From: Octopus bimaculoides
Lineage: Eukaryota
Assembly (NCBI RefSeq): GCF_001194135.2
Contig: NC_068984.1
Location: 47,282,576-47,327,086 of the forward strand
Length of the DNA: 44,511 nucleotides
Reading direction: 5' to 3'
Shown here: in pieces, positions 24,066 through 33,038 of the stretch
Position numbering within the stretch: the stretch's first letter is position 1
Layout of the letters: each line of letters starts with the position of its first letter
Program-made: the position numbers and the translations under genes
The notes under the pieces: model-generated
Seen by the model: the letters and a program-made list of their open reading frames with translations, nothing else
What the model was told of the DNA's origin: nothing
Databases searched by the model: none

Positions 24066-25305
24066 TAAATATACACCTGTCCAGTCTTCAGAAAGAAAAC
24101 CTCACAAATGCAAGACCTGTCAGGAATCATTCTCAGAACTGTCTTTTTTACAAGAACACAAGAAAACACATCAAACGGAAAAGCAGTTTAGTTGTGCAAC
24201 CTGCAATAAGAAATTTACACACAGCCATCAACTTGAGCTACACAAACGAATACACTCAGGGGAACAACCATTCCTTTGCAGTTTCTGTGGCAAGAAATTT
24301 ACTTTCAGGAGTACTTTGAAATGCCATGAAAGGACTCATACTGGGGAGAAACCATACAACTGTGACATTTGCGGCATTAATTTTTCTCAGCCAAGCATTC
24401 TTTCAACTCACAAACGAACACATGCTAGTGAAACAGAATACAAATGTAAGATTTGTGCTAAGAACTTTACCAGTAAAAGTAGTCTTCAGAGTCATGCTGT
24501 TACACATACAGGTGTGAAGCGATTCCAGTGTGATACTTGTAACAAGAAGTTTGGCATTTTGTGCAATTTGAAAAGACATATGCGCACCCACAAAGGGGAG
24601 AAACCATTTCATTGTGAAATTTGTGGTAAAAACTTTACTCAGAGTAACAGTCTTCAGGAACACAAGAGACGACATACTGGAGAGAAACCGTTTCTTTGCA
24701 ATTATTGCACCAAGTGTTTTGCACGCAAAAGAGACCTTATACAACATGAAAGAACTCACACAGGTGAAAAACCATATTCATGTAGCACATGTGGTAAAAG
24801 CTTTTCTCAGGTTACTTTACTAAAAACACATGAAAGAATGCACACCGGAGTGAAACCTTTTAACTGTGATCTATGTGGCAAAAGCTTTACCCAACAAAGC
24901 AATTTGCGGGTACACAAGATTAGCCACTTGGAGAAGAAGCAATATCATTGTGACATATGTGGTAAAGATTTCTCTCAGTCAAGCAGTCTTCAGCAGCACA
25001 AGATTCGACATAATGGCCAGCAACCTTTCCACTGTGATATCTGCGGTAAGAACTTTAATGTCAGAGGTAACTTGCAGAGACATAGCAGAATACACAGAGG
25101 TGAGAAGCCATTCCATTGTGATATATGTAATAAATATTTCTCTCAAAGTAACAGCCTTCGTGAACATCAAAGAAGACACTACAGAGAGAAACCTTTTTCC
25201 TGTGATTTATGTCAGCAACAGTTTTTTGTGAAAAGTGCTTTAACAGCACACCAGAAAAACTGTAGTAACAAACATGTAATTCTGTGCCTTATTGTTGGCA
25301 ATTAA
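24066..25305 (+). CDS. Tandem C2H2 zinc-finger protein, main coding exon (13 C2H2 plus 1 terminal C2HC finger)
   Basis: Uninterrupted frame with CxxC-x12-HxxxH units every 84 nt from Cys at 24109 to Cys at 25201, TGEKP-type linkers, stop TAA at 25303-25305. Likely acceptor TATATCTCTTCAG|24066. No in-frame ATG between the acceptor and finger 6, so an upstream coding exon is needed. Confidence 0.93.
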
Positions 25306-26156
25306 TTTTTTTCTGAAAAAAACTTTAGTTGGTAGGTTTAAAGTAGCTTACTTACAGAAGAAAGTTAGTGAGAGCCTCTGGTAATTTTACTCAACAGTTA
25401 AGACAGTACGGAGGGTAGATTTCCTTTTTAAGGTTAGGAAATACTTTCCTTAGAGTAGTTCTTATTTATGAAGTGCAAATATGACTGAAGTACAGTATTC
25501 TTATATCTGAAGATGTACACCCATGAATAACAATCACACAACTACACAGTTCATCCAAGTAACTTTCCTCGAAGAAAAGCAAGCCTTCACTCATTAAAAT
25601 ACTACAAGCACTGACCTATGTCTTTTCTCCTTAATTTTTGCACCATTACTGTAACAGTATACTCCTCCAAAAATTACAGGAATGCCCTACAAGGCCTTCT
25701 CTTACCTCTCCTGTGCCCATGCATCTTCATTAGACTCCACAAGATGAAAGACCCATTTGTAGTTGCTCAACCTGCTGAACAAATAGCAACTCTTTTGGTT
25801 TCAAAGCGAAGAACTCTTAAATATCAGTGTCGACCTCCTCCAGGCTTGCGAAAGTTATGCCCCACAAATGATTCTGTAAACTACGTCATCATTTTTACAA
25901 CCACTTTTCTGGAGCGGTCATGACAGATCTGGCCTGTACCCCTCTGCCAACTGTCTTTTAGAAATTCCCATTTGTTTTCTATCACTTCCTGCTTCCGATC
26001 TTATGTATCAGATAATACTTCACTGAACCTAAATCTGGTTGAGGTCCTTTCAGTTTCCATATCTTCTCTCCCCATATTGTTATATCAGTTTATGGATACA
26101 GTGTCACTGCTTCCATATAGCTCTTACTCTGAAGTTGCAATTCGTTAATCTATGAT

Positions 26157-26315
26157 GCAGCAGCATTTCACTTGTCTTTATGTTCTAAATTCCACCGAGG
26201 TCAACTTTACCTTTCATCCCTTTGGAGTTGATGAAATAAGTACCAGCTGATGTAATTAACTTATTTCCTTCCCCTGAACTTGTTGGCCCTGTGTCAAAAT
26301 TTGAAGCCAATATTT
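26157..26315 (+). mobile_element. SINE family A copy
   Basis: GCATTTCACTTGTCTTTATGTTCT...CCACCGAGGTCAACTTTACCTTTCATCCCTTTGGAGTTGATGAAATAAGTACCAG matches 37060-37235. Confidence 0.8.
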
Positions 26316-27089
26316 ACCTGTTTAGTAATTGATCAGGAGGCTGGATGGTTTTCTGAACTAAGTTAGTGAAGTATAAATTTCTTTCGAAATGTTTCATCTC
26401 TTAGATAAGGTTAACAGTCTGAAAAACTAAAATCTTCTTAATTTATTTCAAATACAAAACTTTTTAACAAACCTTGTATGCTGATTTTAAGCAAGTCTAC
26501 TTGCTCCACCCTGGTTAGCAGAATTCAGTTCCTGCTTATAATTCCCAGCTGAATGGCTTGAAGGGAAAACAGCAGTTAATACCTGTATCAAAAATAAAAC
26601 GAAAATCATTCCACATCCCAAACTCACATTCCAAACTATATAAATACAAAAGACAAAATAACTGAAAATCTTTGGATTGTTAACAGTTTCAAATTTGTAG
26701 ACGTTAAAGGTTGCATTTCTCAATCTATGAAACCAGGTTTGGAGATCAGTGAATTTTGAGTACTATGATAAAGACTTATTTTTACAGTTTACAAAAAGAA
26801 TGAACAATGACTTTTTTTTTTTTTACATCAAACATTAAAAATGGTCTTCATCGTCTTCATATTTCTTGAAAGTCAGTGCTCAAGATACTTTACAGAGCCT
26901 TCAAGATTGGGTGGGGCCTGGCTTAAATACTTGCTACAGATTGGACTCTGTTAGGAGTATCCAAGATGTTAAACTAGGCAAGAGATGAAGTTTACCACCT
27001 GAGTACACCATGAAGAGATTTGAACTTGCACTGACACACATGGATACATAGATATGTATGTACATGCCTATGTGTATTTATATATAAGC

Positions 27090-27245
27090 CCCATACAGTT
27101 TCTGCATATCAATACCATTCACAAAACATTGGTTATGTCAAGGCTACAGCAGAAGGCATTTGCCCAGAGTACCACACAGTGAGATAGAACTCAAGACTTC
27201 CGGTACAATAAAGCAAACGCTGTATCCACTGAGCTAAACCTGCAT
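27090..27245 (-). mobile_element. CORE-type tRNA SINE (OR-like), degraded
   Basis: CATTCACAAAACATTGGT...GGCTACAGCAGAAGGCATTTGCCCAGAGTACCACACAGTGAGATAGAAC...CCACTGAGCTA, similar to 23465-23615. Confidence 0.6.
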
Positions 27246-28100
27246 CTGACAGGATCTGAACTTGGGTTGAGAAACTATAAAACCTGACAGTATTTATTGT
27301 AAGGTTTCCCTACATCTAGCATGTAATTTAAAAGGTTCATAACATTGCATTGCTCAAACTAAACAGTGATAAGTCAGAGAGGGAGTCTCTATGTAGGCAT
27401 TACACCTACTAGAAAGAGCAGTAAAACAAGAATGGCTGATCAACTCTACAACACATTTTATCATAGATCTGGTCGTTTGGAGCTAATATGTATTTAAACA
27501 AAAGTAGCAGCAACATACTGTAAAAGCTAATGAATTTCACGTTCACTAATTTTATGCCAAATTTAATGGCCAAGCGTATTACATTGTGTGCAGGTTATGT
27601 GATCCGTGAGATGAATAAAAATATTTTTTTTTAAATCTTTGCTTTGGATGAAGCCTGTATTTCATAACTCTCTCTTCCTCTCTCCTTCTCTCTCTCTCTC
27701 TCTCTCTCTCATTGCAATCCTTCAGCTACACGCCTTTTCGTAAAGGGAAGCAACTTTCAAATACAATATTTGAAGTGTAAGGGACAATATTACGAGATAT
27801 GGACGGGAGATAACTAGTGCACTTATGTCTTCTAAGGGTATATCATTTGATTATTAATCTGTTTTCAGTGTACAGTGAAAGCCGCTTATTTTGGGGAAAT
27901 TGATCCTTTTAAAAAACTGATTGATGCATTAAGAAAAGTATATAAAAGTATTATAAATGTGTTTGGGACCCATTTTCATTATCACTGCTTGGTAACATCC
28001 CTGATTACAATCAGCGGCCTCAAAATGTTTGCGTTTTACACAACCAGAAGCATTTTCTCTAAATTAGTGGATCATGATGGGGCTTAAAAGTAAACAGCTT

Positions 28101-28243
28101 ATAATTGTTTCAAATTCTGGCCAATTTGAAGGAAAGGGGGTTGTTAATTACATCAACCACAGTACTTGACTAGCACCTTATTTTATCGAATGATGAAATG
28201 CCGATTAGCATTTTGTCCGATGCACTAACGATACTGTTTGCCC
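28101..28243 (-). mobile_element. SINE family A, antisense, internally deleted
   Basis: CCAATTTGAAGGAAAGGGGG...TACATCAACCACAGTACTTGACTAGCACCTTATTTTATCGA...AGCATTTTGTCCGATGCACTAACGAT. Confidence 0.6.
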
Positions 28244-28419
28244 CGTCGCATTTGAACTGTTTATTACAATGAATGAAGAACACAAACTGGAACGCCTTGC
28301 CTGTGTTTGTAAAGAAGGCCAAGTCTACCAAACACGAATAGCAACATGATGCAGTGACTCGGAAAACTTGTGATTCATATTCTCAACCAACTTTTCTGCC
28401 CTATATTCATGGGAGAATC

Positions 28420-28900
28420 GTGAGGGTTGAGTCTTAAGGTACCTCCTTCGTAAGATTCTATCTGAAGCCACCGCCATTACACTTTACAGCTGGATTCTCA
28501 AAAATTATCAACAGACTATGGATATTATCCAACGACTTCATTCTTGGTCTACTCCTAGGTCTCCTGCTGGTTTACTCAGCTTGAAAAATCCATCATGCAA
28601 TAATTTCCTGCGACATTCTAATCACACTTTCGTATTACTAGTGCTGTGACCTCTCATTGCAGAGATTAATATTTGATCAGCTGAAATTTGTGCCTGATAA
28701 GTGACGAACAACCTCTGTGAATGGTGTAGGTGTAGGTGTTTAACAAACGGTTCTTTCAACTCTGTCCAACAAGTATCTTGAGTATTCAATTTTGATATTC
28801 GTAGTCCAATGCCGACCCTATTCTACATACATTGGCCATTACCTGGATGTTTTCCAAGATATCTGTATACGAAGCAGCCGTACCGTTTCCGAGATGAGAG
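28420..28900 (-). mobile_element. RTE-clade LINE 3' fragment (ORF2 C-terminus), degraded
   Basis: Minus strand LLDRVER, VIRMSQEIIA*WIFQAE*TSRRPRSRPRMKSLDNIHSL, AVASDR: typical RTE C-terminal RM...RPRGRPR.RW.DNI...VA.DR pattern. Confidence 0.72.
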
Positions 28901-29149
28901 CAGAACTCCATGATTGGACTCTATTGAGCCTTCTAGAGTCTCAGCGGCTGCAATATTTTCCGATCCTGACGGCAGGGGTTAGGTATTGGGATGTGGTCCT
29001 TATGTTAAGGATATGTGAGGGCCAGCATTTGAAGCGATTGTGTGGTTTCTAGCTGAGTGCTCATGTGTTTAGAAGAGTTGTATGCGATGTTGGTTTCTTG
29101 AAATGCTTAGTGATTGATGTTTTTTTTTCTGTTAAAAAAAACTTGTGGA

Positions 29150-29390
29150 TTTAATCTCACTGAAGGATGCTCCCGGCAGGGGATGGTGGCGAACCCTGCT
29201 GTACTCTTCCACCACAACTTTCTCTCACTCTTACTCTCTGTTTCTGTTGTGCCTGTAATTCAAAGGGTCAGCCTTGTCACGCTGAATATCCCTCGAGAAC
29301 TACGTTAATTTCACGAGCAGGCTGTTTCGTTGATCTGATCAACTGGAACCCTCGACGTCGTAAGCGACGGAGTGCCAACAACAACTCACA
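29150..29390 (+). mobile_element. Repeat sharing its 3' tail with the CORE-SINE at 35955-36288 (LINE 3' UTR or sister SINE)
   Basis: CCTGTAATTCAAAGGGTCAGCCTTGTCAC..GCTGAAT..GAGAACTACGTTAA..GGAACCCTCGACGTCGTAAGCGACGGAGTGCC(AAC)n aligns with the reverse complement of 35955-36150. The upstream ~100 nt differ. Confidence 0.7.
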
Positions 29391-30232
29391 CAGTTAATGT
29401 ACAATATATAAATGTGTATGTGTGTGTGTGAGAAAGAGAGAGAGAGAGAGAAAGTGTGTGTGTGTGTTTGTGTATATACTGCCTCGGATATGGTAATATT
29501 AACTAATATGGGTGTGTGCGTTTGTAAATTAGTATTACCGTTTTAAATTGTGGCCAATTAGAATGTTAATTACAGTTAAAAAACATATTAGTCTATTACT
29601 AATGTTATTTTAATTATACTTGCAATTTGCCGAATTAGAGCTGAGAGAATCGCAAAGCCAATGCAAAATATTGTTGACGAAAATGCATGAAAATTATCAT
29701 TACTCAGCTACGCCGTCCGAGTGGGAAAAGAAAGTAATAGTCAAGTTCGGTTTTGTTATATCTAATGAAGTCCGCTTTTAAAAGTCGCTAAAAATAATGC
29801 GATGAATAAAAGGTACTTTTGGTAAATCGCTAATACAATTTTTTTTTCTTGACAAATACGGGAGATAAGTGAGGTCATGTTTCAGATTTATTAAACCTCA
29901 AATAAGAATCCAATATAGTGTGGATAGTATCATTAAGCTGAGAATGTCTAAACAGGCTGAAAGTTGTGTTGAGTTGTCTACCTTACTTGCTAGAATAATT
30001 GAAATAATGTTAATTCATTGACTAATAATGCTTTCTTCTACGCATTGTATATTAACACTAACGTGGTTAGTGATTTTTATGCGAACTGTGTCGGCGAAAA
30101 ATTTGTTAAGGTAATTTATAGTCTAAAATATGATCTACATAGTGATTTCCTTATCACTCCAACTGAAGGTGCATTAAATCTATACTTCGCTAACACGGAA
30201 GCCTATCCTGAGTTACCTGTCATAGTTGCAAC

Positions 30233-30275
<43 letters not shown>

Positions 30276-30541
30276 NNNNNNNNNNNNNNNNNNNNNNNNN
30301 NNNNNNNNNNNNNNNNNNNNNNNNNNNNNNNNNNNNNNNNNNNNNNNNNNNNNNNNNNNNNNNNNNNNNNNNNNNNNNNNNNNNNNNNNNNNNNNNNNNN
30401 NNNNNNNNNNNNNNNNNNNNNNNNNNNNNNNNNNNNNNNNNNNNNNNNNNNNNNNNNNNNNNNNNNNNNNNNNNNNNNNNNNNNNNNNNNNNNNNNNNNN
30501 NNNNNNNNNNNNNNNNNNNNNNNNNNNNNNNNNNNNNNNNN

Positions 30542-30867
30542 ATCTCAACGCTTCTAAAAAAGAACAAACTTTGTTTGTTTACTTTCATCGTAAAGTTTAA
30601 TTTAACGTTAGCGTCTTATGAAGCTAAATTTATAAGTTCTAAAATTGCAGAAGAATTCGTTGCTGGGCAGTTTAGTTTAATGGTAAAACACTTGACGCGT
30701 AATCACTGAGATGTGAGTTCGAGTCTCATGGCTGGCCAGTAGCGTATTTTTCTGCATTATAGGGATAATTTATCCCGATCACGCTATTTATAGCATTATC
30801 ACGCGTTTGAGAAATAAATTTATTTCTGTTCTTACAATACATCTCAACGCTTCTAAAAAAGAACAAA
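30542..30867 (+). repeat. Tandem unit of 299 bp (1.1 copies visible) carrying a tRNA-like gene
   Basis: ATCTCAACGCTTCTAAAAAAGAACAAA recurs at 30542 and 30841. The left side is an N gap. Confidence 0.88.
30666..30738 (+). tRNA. tRNA-Thr-like sequence (anticodon position CGT), probably pseudogene or SINE head
   Basis: Cloverleaf: acceptor GGCAGTT/GGCTGGC (1 mismatch, 2 G-U), D stem GTTT/AAAC, T stem GTGAG/CTCAT with loop TTCGAGT. A box TAGTTTAATGG, B box GAGTTCGAGTC, T5 at 30747-30751. The anticodon stem has only 3 bp and position 33 is not U. Confidence 0.6.
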
Positions 30868-31937
30868 GTGGTGCTTTTGTTCCTTGTGGATTCGAAAACT
30901 GGATTGCCAATTTTGACGTATGAGGTATCAAAAGATTCAGTCATCTTTCGGCTGCCAAATGAGGTATATTCTTTTCGCAACACTTTTTTTACTACAAAAG
31001 TAACCTCGAAAACGAGGTCGGGTCGCACAAATTTGAGGTCATTTTTCGGGTAATATTTGTATTTGCTTCTAATCTACATTGCCAATTTTAATGTTTCCCG
31101 TGTCAAAAAATGCAGCTATGTACAAGGAGTGTTATGAGTGCATTTGTGATGCACATGACCCTACTTGTCAACGGAAAATGACCAAAAGATATGCTTTTTT
31201 GGAACAATTATTGGCTTATTTTCCGTCAATAATGACCTTTGTGCCACAACCAAACTGCCAATGTGAACATCTTCAGTATTCCATGATTAAACAATGTTTG
31301 TGAAGTATTGAGATACCATTTCTTTGCACAAAGCCCTATTTACAACAGAAAATTGACTAATGAACCGTATTTCTGGTATAATTGTGATCATTTCAGGCAT
31401 TACTATCAGAAACAATTTGTCCATTTAGATCTTCTTGGTAGCAAACGACTTGAGAATACCAAAGGAGTGTGCTCGGGTTTAAATTCAATAAAATTTCCCC
31501 AAGAATTAAGCACAGTAAGAGCCTATATTCGTTCAAGTGTGGTGAAGACGTGAAGCAATGGCTAACACTTTTCGAGGTTTTTTTGCCTTTGACATTTTTC
31601 TCTTTATTCAACTCAATTTATGCAAAGTGGTTTATCGTTATTAATATACAGTCATACCTATTATTTATTCCACAAAGTTCGCGAAGATTTTGCTACAATC
31701 ATCCTATTTTTCCCAGTGGCTGAGCGTGTACTTTAACGCGGGTGGTGAGATGGAAAACTAATGTCTGGCCTGATAACCTCAGTGAAGACACCAACAACAC
31801 CGCGCATCTATACGATAACAAATTAAGGTCACATACACTCATGATCCGCCCACGGTACGTGTCCCTTCATTGATTGGGATGCACACCGTGATCACTGACT
31901 GGTACAATTTCCAATAAATTCCTTATCAGAGACATGT

Positions 31938-31996
31938 ACTCGAACTCACATCTGTGTGATTACATGTCAAGTGTTTTACCATTAAACTAAAATGCC
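31938..31996 (-). tRNA. tRNA-Thr-like copy (anticodon position TGT), truncated after the T loop
   Basis: Reverse complement GGCATTTTAGTTTAATGGTAAAACACTTGACATGTAATCACACAGATGTGAGTTCGAGT. Confidence 0.55.
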
Positions 31997-32216
31997 CAGC
32001 AACGAATTCTTCTGCAATTTTAGAACTTATAAATTTAGCTTCATAAGATGCTAACGATACATTCAACTTTACGATGGAAAGTAAACAAAGTTTGTCTTTA
32101 GAAGCATTGAAATGTATTGTAAGATACAGAAATAAATTTATTTCTCAAACACGTGATAATGCTATAAATAGCGTGATCAGGATAAATTATCCATATAATG
32201 CAGAAAAATACGTTAC

Positions 32217-32258
32217 TGGTCAGCCATGAGACTCGAACTCACATCTCTGTGATTACAT
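32217..32258 (-). tRNA. 3' half of a third tRNA-like copy (anticodon loop to acceptor end)
   Basis: Reverse complement ATGTAATCACAGAGATGTGAGTTCGAGTCTCATGGCTGACCA, followed by GTAACGTATTTTT. Confidence 0.55.
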
Positions 32259-33038
32259 GTAATCACAGAGATGCATTATATGGATAATTTATCCTTGATC
32301 ACGCTATTTATAGCATTATCACGCGTTTGAGAAATAAATTTATTTCTGTATCTTACAATACATCTCAATGCTTCTAAAGAGAAACTTTGTTTGTTTACTT
32401 TCATCGTAAAGTTGAATATATATATATATANNNNNNNNNNNNNNNNNNNNNNNNNNNNNNNNNNNNNNNNNNNNNNNNNNNNNNNNNNNNNNNNNNNNNN
32501 NNNNNNNNNNNNNNNNNNNNNNNNNNNNNNNNNNNNNNNNNNNNNNNNNNNNNNNNNNNNNNNNNNNNNNNNNNNNNNNNNNNNNNNNNNNNNNNNNNNN
32601 NNNNNNNNNNNNNNNNNNNNNNNNNNNNNNNNNNNNNNNNNNNNNNNNNNNNNNNNNNNNNNNNNNNNNNNNNNNNNNNNNNNNNNNNNNNNNNNNNNNN
32701 NNNNNNNNNNNNNNNNNNNNNNNNNNNNNNNNNNNNNNNNNNNNNNNNNNNNNNNNNNNNNNNNNNNNNNNNNNNNNNNNNNNNNNNNNNNNNNNNNNNN
32801 NNNNNNNNNNNNNNNNNNNNNNNNNNNNNNNNNNNNNNNNNNNNNNNNNNNNNNNNNNNNNNNNNNNNNNNNNNNNNNNNNNNNNNNNNNNNNNNNNNNN
32901 NNNNNNNNNNNNNNNNNNNNNNNNNNNNNNNNNNNNNNNNNNNNNNNNNNNNNNNNNNNNNNNNNNNNNNNNNNNNNNNNNNNNNNNNNNNNNNNNNNNN
33001 NNNNNNNNNNNNNNNNNNNNNNNNNNNNNNNNNNNNNA

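Larger units (their letters stand above)
31932..32415. repeat. Same tandem unit: ~1.1 copies on the minus strand (31932-32257, period 293 bp), then a fold-back copy on the plus strand (32258-32415)
   Basis: Reverse complement aligns with 30542-30867. GATTACATGT recurs at 31958 and 32251. Confidence 0.9.

Noticed and set aside
30666-30738. Functional tRNA-Thr gene
   Set aside because: The anticodon stem has only 3 of 5 pairs in both readable copies, U33 is absent and the acceptor stem has a mismatch. Kept only as tRNA-like.
30868-31553. piggyBac transposase, or numt/bacterial insert using TGA=Trp
   Set aside because: The spacing between the KWGI/NLE..VG-like and CDHF-like motifs is far too long for piggyBac. 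TAA stops remain under TGA=Trp and no mitochondrial gene motif is recognisable.
30542-32415. CRISPR-like array
   Set aside because: The unit is ~295 bp with conserved rather than unique spacers, the context is eukaryotic and there are no cas genes.
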